Below, one piece after another: positions 11,270 through 23,659 of a stretch of 64,000 nt of DNA. Origin of the DNA: Heptranchias perlo (taxonomy: Eukaryota); contig NC_090353.1 of assembly GCF_035084215.1 (NCBI RefSeq), forward strand, positions 20,708,001 to 20,772,000, written 5' to 3'. The notes under the pieces are model-generated. The model saw only the letters and a list, made by a program, of their open reading frames with translations, was not told where the DNA came from and did not search any database. The first letter of the stretch is position 1. Every line of letters starts with the position of its first letter. The position numbers and the translations under genes were made by a program.

Positions 11270-12560
11270 TCTAAATATCAGTGGGGGAACATGCACCAAA
11301 GGGAAGTGAATTAAAACCAGAAATGAGACGGAAATAAAAGAGCTGAGATTAAATTACGTTTCTATGGTGTGAGGGGGGGCAGGCTGCCAAGACTCCCGTG
11401 GAATCTCCTATTAGAATGCCTCCCAGCAGCATGAGTTCCCTTGCTGTGCCACAAGCAGATGAGACAGGCTGAAGCAATCCTGAGAGCAGCCAAGGAAAAT
11501 GGGAGGAATTCAATACAGAGGTCACATCATTTCTATTTATGCAGATCTCTCTCGGAATAATTGGAGCAGCGTAGACCATATCGAGGTGTCCCTTGGAGTA
11601 GCAAGGCTGAAGTGCTGTATAATTTGCCCTGTCCACCTCAAGGTGCTACAGTGCATAAGCAATGCTGCTATTTTATCCCCGCCCCACTCTGGACCGCAGT
11701 GGAAAGTTTCTTAGACGCTCAGTTCAAAAACAGCAGAAGACGAGCAAGCAGCCGGAAGACAGAGGTGACAGTGCTCTCCATATTGTAGAGAGGTCCAGGA
11801 GGAGAAAACGATACAGTAATCTGGGGGTTTGGAGGAATTAGGGGGTATCAAAAAACAATCAAAAAACCTGGCTAAGCAAGTGGAGGCCGTGCTCCTGGAG
11901 AAGTCTCTGGTAATTCTGAGATGGTGAGGTTGGGATGGAGGGGATGGGGGAGAAAGATTCATCTGAAGCAGAGAATGACGGTGCTATCCAGCCTTGAGAG
12001 CTTAGAAGTTAAAAGACTGACAGCCAGCTGCACGTGGGCAGTTGTAGCTAATAAATCTTCTTTGATTTATTTATGTTTGTTTTTTTGTTTGAGGAGCATT
12101 GTACCAATTAAGTACATCTCCCTGGATTTGTGGTAGGGATGACTCTGATTAGGGAACCTCTAATGTGGGTTTTAGGGATTATTGGGGCTGGTGGATGTGC
12201 GGTATATTCTTTGGCCATGGGACAGGAACTATACTTCCCACTCACAACCTCATAGGATGCACTCTTAGAGTGGATTTTTTTTTATGCTCCTCAGAGATTA
12301 ATCCCAGTGATTAAGGAATTCCCTATTATAACTGTGTGGATAACAGGCAGTGTCCCAGTAACACTGAATATTAGAGCTATGGACTGCCCTCAGTTTTGGA
12401 GACTTAACACTTTCTATACGGCTTGGGATGTTTAAACAAAAGCAAATTTTGCGAATCTTTGAAGGTTAGTGATAATGATATGATGGGTCCATCACTGTTA
12501 TGGAATCATATATGGAAAAACAGGCATCTGCTCTTCTACTTCAATTGAAGAAAATAATTT
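11270..12560 (+). pseudogene. Highly decayed L1-clade LINE (ORF1 C-terminus and endonuclease end of ORF2)
   Basis: Frameshifted peptides AILRAAKE and GIQYRGHIISIYADLSR (L1 ORF1p-like), then LVDVRYILWPWDRNYTSHSQPHRMHS.RVDFF, FWRLNT and PSLLW (L1 ORF2 EN/linker-like). Confidence 0.7.
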
Positions 12561-12799
12561 CCTGACTGAAAGATACTTTCTAGCCACACCCCACATCAGA
12601 TGTGGGACTGGACCCGACACAAGTAACAAGAAAGGTTATCTGCTTATGTTGAGGGAGGGAGGGGGGGGATGGAGAACCCTCCTGTTCATAGGTCCCAGTT
12701 CTACGTAGAACGGAATAGATCAGAGAATAACGTGATCATGTTCAACTCTGAGTGTGACAATTGGCTAGTCAGAGAGGGAGCATTAATATATGTAAAATA

Positions 12800-13455
12800 A
12801 CAGTAACTTACAGTTACAACAGTGCCTTTAATGTAGAAAAAAACCCCAAGGTGCTCACAAAGGCCTAATCAAAAAAAAGATGCCAAACCAAAGAAGTTAT
12901 TAAGAGGTGATGACAAAAAGCTTTGTCAAAGAGATGTCTTGAAAAGAGGGTCTTAAAGGAAGAGAGGAAGAGTGGTGAAGGGAGGGAATTTCAGACTGTG
13001 GCACCTAGGTGGCTGAAGACACGGAGTCTATTGGTGAGGTGATGGGGGAGGGGGAAGCACAAGAGGAGCAGAGAGTTCAGGGGAATTGTAGGGCTGCATG
13101 AGGTTACAGAAATAGGGACGGACAAGGCCATGAAGGAAGTTAAACACGAATTTTAAAAATTGGATTTGAAGCGTTGGGAGACCAGGAGCCAGTGTACGTC
13201 AGTGAGGACGGGGGTTATGGCTGAGTGAGACACAGGGTGGGATAGAATATGGACAGCAGAGTTTTGGATGAGCTGACGTTTGCAGAGGATGAAGGATGGG
13301 AAGTCCAGCAAGGAGAGCATTAGAATAGTCAAGTGTGGAGGTGACAGAGGCATCTATGAGGTTTTCAACAGCAAATAGGCTGAGCTAGGCATAGAAGTGG
13401 GCAATATTATGTGGTGGAAGTAGACGGTCTTTGTGACGGAGAGAACATGGGATCA
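12800..13455 (-). mobile_element. L2 LINE 3' fragment
   Basis: ORF 13153..13353 reads LIQNSAVHILS...ITPVLTDVHWL. Homologous to 1515-2180. Confidence 0.8.
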
Positions 13456-13619
13456 TAAAAGATGCACTATATATTAATGTCAATAAACGTTAATAAAAAT
13501 AAGTTTAAAGCAAAATCAACAGGATCAACTTAAATAACTCCCCAAATCATACTGTTCATCAGCTATTTTCCCATTGGCACAATAGTCAAAATGGTTGCTG
13601 AAGGAAACCCCTTTCTAAT

Positions 13620-13755
13620 TGGGTGTCAGCCTTGGCTCAGCGGTTGCATTCTTTGCCTCTGAATCAAGAGGTTTGTGGGTTCAAACCCCACTCCAGAGAC
13701 TTGAGCACATAATCTAGGATGATACCCAATGCAGTACTGAGCAGGTGCTGCACAG
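13620..13755 (+). mobile_element. Deu-type SINE 5' fragment
   Basis: ttggctcagcggttgca...gggttcaaaccccactccagagacttgagcac matches the SINE head. Confidence 0.75.
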
Positions 13756-14608
13756 GCATGATGTGCTGAATGGCCTCCTCTTGTGCTGTACCATATATGA
13801 TATGATAATTAGAAATGTAAGTGAGTGCTGTCTCAATGTCAGTGTTCCCCAAGTTTAACTTTATAACATGATGACACAACAGTGCCACATTTACACAGTA
13901 TTGGAAAATTGGGTATCAATACTAGGCATTAGTATTATCATGGCATACCAACATAACTATGTACAATGTTAACCCTACTTGTTTTGCTTTTAATTATACT
14001 CCTTGTATTATCCCACATCTGAGTAGATGGTTTTACATGTTAGCAGTTTTCTGCAATGTTGCTTTTTGAGTTAGTTAGTGTTGTGCCATTTTATTGGCTT
14101 CTAACTAAGTGATTTTACTGTATGGAGTTATTTATTTTCTATTTCCTCACTCTAACAGTTATTTTTTTTCAAGTAGACCAATCCTAATTTCATTTTTACA
14201 TCAATTGGGACCCGCAGATACTATTATGGATTTGTTTAGGCTCTCAGTTATTGCTCATGTATCTTTTCAAACCATCCATATAGAATGGCTGATTAATGAT
14301 GATTTAATCCATGGTTTTCCTTCCTCTTGGAACCTGTCAACTTTGATACTATTTGATTGTGTGCTGAATAAAGTGAGGGAAAGATGGACTGTTTACTTCA
14401 AGTGCAGAGAGTGAATCCACTTTGAAGGTTTCTGTCTTGATGTTGATCTTTTTTGTCCCAGTACATAAACGTTTGTAGTACTATTCCGGGTTGCTATTAT
14501 TTGCCTTGATCACAATTCATTCCTGTAGTAACGTATCCACCAGAGGAATTAGTAGGCAATTTATATCATGAATGTGAACTTCATTATTCAACTAACCGTT
14601 AGACATCA

Positions 14609-16026
14609 GGGGGGTTAAATTGGATAACCCCTGAAAACGGACTCGGGGATCGCAGTGCGCGATTAACTCACGCCTGTTCATTGCAATGCAGGCAGCACGT
14701 TACATTTGTGCTGCCTGCTGTTTTAAATGATTGCTGCGTGCAGCCAGCGCTACCTGCGTTGTTGATTGGCTGCACGCATCAGCAGGGGCCCCCGATATCG
14801 CGAGTGGCTAGCTCTCCTAAAAGGCAGTCTGCACCTCTTAAAGGGGAGGTGCACTGTAGCTGCAAGAAGTGGTGGGAATCGTTTCAAAACTGCATCTGTG
14901 CTGTGATACTTTGAAGAATGACTCCATCTGGGAGAGAGTGTGCACTAAGGTTCTTTCATGATACACTGGAGGCCGTGGTGCATGAGATGGGGAGAAGGAG
15001 GGGCATCATGTATCCGCGATGGGGGGGGGTGGTGCAGGAGGCCCCTCCAGACATAAGCTGAAGGGGCAGTGGGAGGAAATAGCACAGGAGGTAAATGCCA
15101 GGAGCATAGCTCAAAGAACGATAACGCAGTGCAGGAAGAAGTTCAATGATTTAAAACGAGTTATCAAGGTGAGTGAGTTCAAGCTTTAAGTGACATATCA
15201 TACCAACTGCAAACTCGCCTCATCCACTGCTCAATTCACTACACCCCTATCACCTACCGACCAACAGTCAGTACTCAACCATTCAAATTGTATGCTTTAT
15301 CTCACCCTTACACACTTAGCACTGTTGCAAGCCTCACACCCACAACTCACGCACACTGGTAGCTATTCAACCATGACAGCCACATCACCCAAACATCTTA
15401 CAGGTCACTCACTGACTCACTTCCCTCTTTGTTGCAGGAGAAGGTGGCGCACAACAGGAGGCAGCAAGTGGCTGTGGCTCCATGGAACACGAACCTGCTG
15501 TCCTCCCTCAGGATGACAGCATTCCTGCTCCCACCCCTGCCACTCCGCCAGTGCCCTTGCTGTTGCCTGTCAGCCAGCTAGCCCACTCCCTGCAGAGTAT
15601 TGAAACTTTATCCAAGTATAGGATACCTCCAAAAACAGATACAAATGCATCAGCAGCCAGAAGAAATAATTCAACAACTAACCTGTAACTTCTGCATGAT
15701 CCCTTTTTAAATACCGCTGGTGGGGAATCGTTCATGCCCTTTAAGTCATGTTCAGCTGTGCGAGGTTAAGTGCGTTGGATGGAGTGTGGAGTTCCAAAAT
15801 AGCAGCAGTCCCTTTAAATCAGCATTGCATAGTGTTTTGCATCATAATCTCCCCACTCTGCATACCGCTGGCATTCGTTAAGCACACATGCACAAACCCC
15901 TTTACCAAGGCGGAGTCCTGTGCACTTCCCATCAGAAGTGTGCATATACATCTCAGACCCCATTTTCAAGGCTTAGTTGGCCGCGTAGCACCTAAAAAAC
16001 GCGCGCTAAACAGCCCAATTTCACCC
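14609..16026 (+). mobile_element. Non-autonomous PIF/Harbinger transposon carrying a Myb/SANT-like gene relic
   Basis: TIR-like ends gggggttaaattgg and ccaatttcaccc. Contains an internal Myb/SANT exon, with no transposase. Confidence 0.75.
14918..15470 (+). pseudogene. Harbinger Myb/SANT-like DNA-binding protein, exons 1-2 (frameshifted)
   Basis: MTPSGRECALRFFHDTLEAVVHEMGRRR...QWEEIAQEVNARSIAQRTITQCRKKFNDLKRVIK, then intron 15169-15437 (gtgagt...ttgcag), then EKVAHNRRQQ. Confidence 0.8.
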
Positions 16027-17063
16027 GCACGGTTTTTTAAGTACTAAGCACCACTTAGTTGCAAAATGTTGATTTTTCTCCAAGAAGCTGATTACAGTCA
16101 GTCTGATTTCTTACGCTGTTTATCAGCCACGTAAATAAAGTCTTCCATAATCCAAGATGGTAGAAACCTACGTGCAATTCATTGTTGTTGGTTACTATTA
16201 GATCCTTCCACGTTTACCTCATTTAAGAGGTTAATCTGCGCATTGGATATCAAACCTCCAGCTAGCACGCCTTCAAATCTTTAACCTGTTTCTTTTATTT
16301 TTCTCAGAAATACTTCGACAAAAACATTTACATTTGTTTTGATTCGACCTGATTGTGATCGAAATTCCTTTTCTGTCTCTCTGGACAGCCTTGAATGCTA
16401 TAAATATATCTGTTGTACTATTGCATTGTTCTTGTCTCGCAATCAGAAACATCTGCTTGAATGTTTTTCGTCGAACTGTTGATCGCATTGGTATATTTGC
16501 ATTGTAATTCTCTGCAGTGCCTCCTCTTGTATCTGTTTAGGTTTCAGCTCGGGTCCCTTGATCCCCCTGTAAAGCCAATTGTTGTTTTTCTGTTTATTTC
16601 CCCATTCTCTGTCACTTGCATGCTCTTTACTTGTTGATTACCCTGCTGTTTTTGTGGTGATCCTTTTATTTTCTGTTGGCAGTCACTCCTGAAATTGAGT
16701 TCATGCCAAAAGTTCATAACAGTCATCTTCATTAAATAAATAGAAAATAAATAATGGATCCTCGAGAATGATAATAAGGCTGAAACCTAATTCAGGGCTT
16801 CAGATGACATTGTAAACCATGACAGTAAAGCTTCCATGATTTACAACTGTCATCTGACAGTTGACATTCTGAACCTCAAGAATAAAATACACCCTTGAAA
16901 TCATTCCCTTTTATCTGTTGAGTTGATATAGTTTGGTTTTTTGTCAAGTATTTTCATTCTTGGCATGTATGCTGGCTGTGAAAGGGATTACTGAACTGTA
17001 GGTCCATTTTTATTCCAGCAGTATCAATAGCTACTACAATTGGACACAACATTCATTGTTTTA

Positions 17064-20000
17064 CATAGAAAATAGGAGCAAGAGTAGGCATTCGGGCCTG
17101 CTCCGCCATTCAAAATGATTATGGCTGATCGTCTAACTCAGTACCCTGTTCCCATTTTTTCCTCATATCCCTTGATCCCTTCAGCATTAAGAAATATATC
17201 TAACTCCTTCTTGAATACATCTAATGACTTGGCCTCCACTGCCTTCTGTGGTAGAAAATTCCACAGGTTCACCACCCTCTGAGTGAAGAAATTTCTCCTC
17301 ATCTCGGTTCTAAATGGCATACCCCATATCCTGAGAAAGTGATCCCTGGTTCTGGACTCCCCAGCCATCGGGAACATCCTCCCTGCATCTAGTCTGTCTA
17401 GTCCTGTTAGAATTTTATATGTTTCGATGAGATCACCTCTCATTCTTCTAAACTCTAGTGAACATAGGCCCAGTCGACCCAATCTCTCCTCATACGTCAG
17501 TCCTGCCATCCCAGGAATCAGTCTGATAAACCTTCGTTGCACTCCCTCCATGGCAAGGACATCCTTCCTCAAATAAGGAGACCAAAACTGCACACAGTAC
17601 TCCAGATGTGGTCTCACCAAGGCCCTGTATAACTGCAGTAAGACATCCCTGCTCCTGTACTCAAATCCTCTTGCAATGAAGGACAACATACCATTCGCCT
17701 TCCTAATTGCTTGCTGCACCTGAATGCTCGCTTTCAGCGACTGGTGTACAAGGACACCCAGGTCTCGTTGCATCTCCCCTTTTCCCAATCTATCACCATT
17801 CAGATAATAATCTGCCTTTCTGTTTTTACAATCAAAGTGGATAACCTCACATTTATCCATGTTATACTGCATCTGCTATGTTCTTGCCCACTCACCCAAC
17901 TTGTCTAAATCACATTGGAGCCTCTTTGCATCCTCCTCACAGCTCATATTCCACCCCAGTTTTGTGTCGTCTGCAAACTTGGAAATGTTACATTTAGTTC
18001 CCTCATCCAAATCATTGATATATATTGTGAATAGCTGGGGCCCAAGCACTGATCCCTGTGGTACCCCACTAATCACTGCCTGCCACCCGGAAAAAGAGCC
18101 GTTTATTCCTACTCTGTTTCCTGTCTGTCAACCAATTCTCAATCCATGCCAGTATATTCCCCCCAATCCCATGTGCTTTCATTTTGCACACTAACCTCTT
18201 GTGTGGGACCTTATCAAAAGCCATCTGAAAATCCAAATACACTACATCCACTGGTTCTCCCCTATCTATTCTATTAGTTACATCCTCAAAAAACTCCAGT
18301 AGATTTGTTAAGCATGATTTCCCTTTCATAAACCCATGCTGACTTTGTCCAATCCTGTTAATGCCCTCCAAGTGTTCTGTTATCACATCTTTTATAACAG
18401 ACTCCAGCATTTTCCCCACTACTGATGTTAGGCTAATTGGTCTGTAATTCCTTGTTTTTTCTCTCCCTCTTTTTTTAAATAGTGAGGTTACATTTGCCAC
18501 CCTCCAATCTGTAGGAACTGTTCCAGAGTCTATAGAATTTTGGAAGATGATCACCAACGCATCCACTATTTCCAGGGCCACTTCCTTTAGTACTCTGGGA
18601 TGTAGATTATCAGGCCCTGAGGATTTGTCAGCCTTTAGCCCCATCATTTTCCCTAGCACTATTTTTTTACTAATACTGATTTCCTTCAGTTCCTCCCTCT
18701 CACTAGACCCTTGGTTCCCTAACATTTCTGGGAGGTTATTTGTGTCCTCCTTTGTGAAGACAGAACCAAAGTATGTGTTTAATTGTTCTGCCAATTCTTT
18801 GTCCCCCATTTCTGACTGTAAGAGACCTACATTTGTCTTCACTAATCTTTTTCTCTTGACATATTTATAGAAGCTTTTACAGTCAGTTTTTATGTCCCCT
18901 GCTAGTTTACTCTCATACTCTATTTTTCCCCTCTTAATCAATCTCTTTGTCCTCCTTTGCTGAATTCTGAACTGTTCCCAATCCTCAGGCTTGCCGCTTT
19001 TTCTGGCAATTTTATATGTCTCCTCTTTGGATCTAATAGTATCCCTAATTTCTTTTGAAAGCCACGGTTGAGCCACCTTTCCTGTTTTATTTTTGAGCCA
19101 GACAAGAATGATTAATTGTTGTAATTCCTGCACACGTTCTTTAAATATTAGCCATTGCCTATCCACCGTCATCCCTTTTAGTAAAGTTCCCCAATCTATC
19201 ATAGCCAACTTGCATCTCCTACTTTCGTAATTTCCTTTATTTAGATTCAGGACCCTAGTTTCAACTGCTTCACTCTCCATCTTAATGAGGAATTCTATCA
19301 TGTTATGGTCGCTCTTCCCTAAGGGACCCCACACAATAAGATTGTTAATTAATCTTTTCTCATTGCACAATACCCAGTCTAGGATCGCCTGTTCTCTAGT
19401 TGGTTCCTCAACGTATTGGTCTAGAAAACCATCATGTACACAATCCAGGAATTCCTCCCCCACAGTATTATTGCTAATTTGGTTTGACCAATCTATATGT
19501 AGATTAAAGTCACCCATGATTATAGTTGTACCCTTCTTGCATGCGTCTCTAATTTCCTGTTTAATGCCCTCCCCTACATCTCCAGTACTGTTTGGGGGCC
19601 TATAGACAACCCCTACCAACGTTTTCTGCCCCTTAGTGTTTCTTAGCTCCCCCACACAGATTCCACATTGTGATTTTCCGAGCCAATATCCTTCCTCCTT
19701 TACTAACAATGCTACCCCACCTCCTTTCCCTTTTTGCCTGTCCTTCCTAAATATTGAATACCCCTGGATGTTCAGTTCCCATCCTTGGTCACCCTGCAGC
19801 CATGTCTCCGTAATCGCAAGTATATCATAACCGTTAATATCTATCTGCGCTGTTAATTCATCAACCTTATTGCGAATGCTCCCCGCATTAAAATACAATG
19901 CCTTTAGACTTGTCTTTTTAAGATTTCAAGTCATCTTAGTTTTATTTTGCACTATGGCCCTATTTGTTTTTTGCCCTTGTTTTCTCTGCCTTGCACTATT

Positions 20001-20108
20001 GCTTCTTCCCTTTCTGCCTTTTGTTTCTACCCTTGTATCCCCCGCCTCTGTCTCCCTGCTCAGGTTCCCATCCCCCTGCCATTCTAGTTTAAACCTTCCC
20101 CAACAACA
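17064..20108 (-). mobile_element. CR1 LINE with almost complete ORF2 (APE endonuclease + RT)
   Basis: ORFs 18069..19898, 17876..18076 and 17138..17872. 3' tail at 17064. Possible TSD gtttta at 17058-17063 and 20109-20114. Confidence 0.95.
17138..19898 (-). pseudogene. CR1 ORF2p (endonuclease-reverse transcriptase), disrupted
   Basis: Motifs [28 protein letters not shown] and FADD. Broken by a frameshift near 18120 and a stop near 17875. Confidence 0.9.
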
Positions 20109-20559
20109 GTTTTAGATCTTGATGGTTCTTCCTGCTGCTGTTTGCTGACTTCCATTTTTATTTATTTACTGTAACCCATTGGGAACTTAGTGACTCTGAG
20201 GGAGGTGATCTGCACTGCTCTTACTCCATCGAAAGAAAGAGATTAGAGCCCGCTAGTGGTCAGAAGAGGTAATTACATGAGGGTTTCCTGGGGCAGCTTA
20301 TTTGCATTCCTTTTGGAGTCGTTATTAGCATAAATCTCATGTAAGATGGGTGTAAGCTGCTGCAGTGCATGGAAACTGGGATTCTGCCTTTAAAAAGACA
20401 GTTTGGACTGGGAGACAACCAGATAAGGTAGGAGCAGTGCTTGGCTCGCTCACTTGATTCTCGGATAAATTGCATGTCTCACCAATCTTTTTATCATGCT
20501 TTTCAAGAATGTTTACAGCAGGACGCTTTGGATCAAGTAGCTGGACAAGGCAGCAGGGC

Positions 20560-20790
20560 ATGGCACCCAGGCACAGAAGAAGAACACAGAACTTTTCTGA
20601 CTTGGACCCCCAAGTCCTCCTCGAGGAGATTGAATTAAGGAGGCACAGACTCCTGGGTGTCCATGCCAGCAAATCTGCCAGGAATGTCACTCATGCCACC
20701 TGAGAGTTGGCATTGGCACTGAGTGCCAACTCTCTGAGGACTGCAGACCAGCGCCACAAGAAGTTCAACGTCCTCACCAGGGCAGACAAG
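20560..20790 (+). pseudogene. Harbinger Myb/SANT-like gene exon 1 relic
   Basis: MAPRHRRRTQNFSDLDPQVLLEEIELRRHRL...*ELALALSANSLRTADQRHKKFNVLTR. Confidence 0.75.
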
Positions 20791-21216
20791 ATAACACAAC
20801 ACACACAGTCCCTATTCTTCTTTGGCCACCCTAGGCACCAGCACACTCTTCACTCTTCTAAAACGAACACTTGTACATCTAACCCTCAGGACATCAGCAC
20901 ATGCCAGATCTTCGGCTTTCCCCCTCAGAACCCCACACCAGTAGAATGTGGGAAGCAACGCCAGGCTGCTCAGCAACAAGCTTCAGAGATGCAGCCAGCA
21001 GCAGCTCCCTGTCATGATCAAGCTACCCTGAGAAGAGGGCCTCCTCTGTCCCATGACTCTTTTGTAGGAGAAGCACTACAATAGGTGAAAGAAAGGCACA
21101 TGTAGGCACCACTGGGAAGTATGGTGTTAGGAAAGTGCAGGTTGCCTTCTGTTCACTTTGGACTTCATTGTATTAAAATAGAATGTGCGCTGACATGGCG
21201 CTTTGTTATTCATGGA

Positions 21217-21560
21217 TTCATAGAATCATACAGCACAGAGGGAGACCATTCAGCCCATCGTGCTTGTGCCAGCTCTTTGAAAGAGCTATTAGTCCCACTT
21301 CCCTGCTCTTTCCCCATAGCCCTGCAAATTTTTCCCTTTCAAGTATTTATCTAATTGCCTTTTGAAAGTTACTATTGAATCTGCTTCCACTGCCCTTTCA
21401 GGTAGTGCATTCCAGATCATAACAACTCGCTGCGTTAAAAAAAATCTCCTCATTTCCTCCCTGGATTTTATGCCAATTATCTTAAATCAGATTCTCCCTA
21501 TTTACTCCATCAAAACCCTTCATAATTTTGAACACTTCTATTAACTCTCCCCTTAACTAC
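21217..21560 (-). mobile_element. CR1 3' fragment inserted in Harbinger
   Basis: Tail attcatagaatcatacagcacag. Flanked by the direct repeat tcatgga. Confidence 0.85.
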
Positions 21561-21749
21561 TCATGGAGATTAGAGTCATACAGGAAATGGTGCACTTATT
21601 TGGTGCAGACTTATTCACACAGGTGATTATTGGCATACTCATGTAGAGGCAACGGTGGCTGATGAGTTGTCATGGTGTAGGATGGGTAGTGGATTGAGGG
21701 AATGTCCCTTTCTTGGAAAGTGGGGGTAAAGGAGGTGAGATGCTGGTGT

Positions 21750-22790
21750 CACAGGCAGACTGTGTTATGCAGAATGAAGACTTCAGCGATGAGACATACT
21801 CTGATGCCCCTTGCAGCAGTCCTTTGTGTGCAGGTCATCATGATGCTCTCCTCCATGTAGTTCTGGCTCCAATGGAGCCAGGCCTCCTGCTTTTCTTGAA
21901 TGCTGAAGTTGTGAAGGGCACAGCAGAGTACAGATATGTGTGATATGCAATCTGGAGCACACTGCAAAGCCTGTCCTGCCTTGTCCAGGCAGCAAGACCC
22001 CAATGGTCATCTGGATGACTGATCTTGTAGAAGCATGTGCCTTGTTGCAGTACACCTTTGCTGCTATTCAGGCCACTCTTACTGAGGTCATTATCCAAGG
22101 TCTTGCCAGCCAGAAGCCATCTGTTAAAGTGATTTTCTTCCCTGAAAAGGTCAAGTTGGGTCGAATTACCCGGCCTGGAGGCATTGTGACAACTTCCAGC
22201 ATATCAGGTGTTAAAAGGGTGGCTCCTCTGTATGTTGTCACACACATTCAGGAAACTCTTTTTCAGGTAGTTGAGGGGGTGTTCTATAGGAGCATGCAAA
22301 GCAATATGTGTACCATCGATTGCACCTTAAACCTTGGACTTAGCAATCCCATAAAAGTGGATGGCCCAATTTCATTGCTGCCTTGCTGTGATAAAAGTGA
22401 TAAATTATCCCACTGCTTTGTAAAGTGTGCCAGTGGCCTGTCGAATGTATGCCTGTGCTGCTGCCTGGCTGACATTGCACAGATCACCCATGTTGGCCTG
22501 AAGTGACCCATGATATAAAAGTCGAGGGCAGTCATCCTCTTCATAGAGCAGTGCAGGCAGAGAAGTGTGGCTGCAGGACCCCCTGCAGTAGATGACAGTT
22601 TTGTCCTAATGCCTCTTTGGTAAAGTACACTCTTCTAAAGCACAGTTTCTCAGTAAACTCCTCACATGATCTGTGATGCCTGCATGTTCTATTGGTAGGC
22701 TGTAGCCTCCCTAAATGGTTCCTGACTCTCCTTTGCTCCATCCTGTGCGGCTGCTGCTCTTCCTCCGGATAATGGCATACAAGGGTATGC
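21750..22790 (-). pseudogene. Harbinger (HARBI1-like) DDE transposase relic
   Basis: Fragments EKLCFRRVYFTKE...CHLLQGVLQP, YCNKAHASTRSVIQMTIG and LQCAPD...CCALHNF match the PIF/Harbinger transposase layout. Confidence 0.8.
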
Positions 22791-22964
22791 CCTTAAGCAA
22801 TGCCATACCTGCTCCTGAGAAGCCCTCACTATGGGTAAGGGGTGCAGAGGGGTCAAAAATATACCGGTGGTCTGACCCCGTCATAAGCAAGTGCAAGAGT
22901 CTGAGGCCAGAATGGCAAAAAAGAAAGTTTACCAACTGCAGATGTTCAAACTCTTCAGGCTCAG

Positions 22965-23235
22965 AAAACCATGACCTCCATCTAGAAGGATAAGGGCAAC
23001 CGATACTGGGAAGACCATCACCTCTAAGTGCCCCTCTATGGCCATTCCTTCATCGTCGCTGGGTCAAAATCCTGGAACTCCTTACCTAATAGCATTGTGG
23101 GAGCACCTTCACCACACGGACTGCAGCGGTTCAAGAAGAAGGCCCACCACCACCTTCTCAAGGACAACTAGGGATGGGCAATAAATGCTGGCCTTGCTTG
23201 TGACGCCCACATCCCGAGAATCAATTTTAAAAAAC
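22965..23235 (+). mobile_element. 3' fragment of the poly(A)-tailed CR1-group LINE
   Basis: Matches 34700-34999 (gggtcaaaatcctggaactcc...gggcaataaatgc). Confidence 0.85.
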
Positions 23236-23659
23236 TCTTTACTTCTGCACCTTAGAAATGTTAGTCTGCATTACCCAGAGTGCATTAATAGTGTAAAACC
23301 AGGAACCTTGGGACAGCAGCCTTCATTTTGACATCTGCAAACGAAGGCACACGGGACAGTAGGCGGATCATGGGAAGGTTCAAGAAGTGCAAGGGAACTC
23401 GGACGCGTTTTAATGGTGGAAATCAGGTATAAGTGGCTTCAGCCTGATTTTCCTGCATGAAAAAAAACTTCTGTGCCATTTATGCTCCACTATTTCACTG
23501 GAAACAGTAAGGAAATTCACCCCTTTATTTTAAATAATGTGACAAGTGGACATACATCACATCAAATGTTCTTTTCTAAATTCTATATAAGAATAATATT
23601 GATATCACTGACCAAAGTAAAGATTACTGATCTTTCCACTGCCAGCCATCCATTGTATT

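Larger units (their letters stand above)
20197..23523. mobile_element. Degraded autonomous-type PIF/Harbinger transposon (Myb gene +, transposase -)
   Basis: Convergent Myb/SANT and HARBI1-like relics. Right TIR-like end ggaaattcacccc at ~23511-23523. Left boundary uncertain. Confidence 0.7.

Noticed and set aside
14109-14414. 101-aa hydrophobic ORF
   Set aside because: T-rich compositional ORF with a non-ATG start and no homology recognised.
18069-19898. Functional reverse transcriptase gene or novel RT system
   Set aside because: Ordinary CR1 ORF2, 5'-truncated, with a frameshift and stop.
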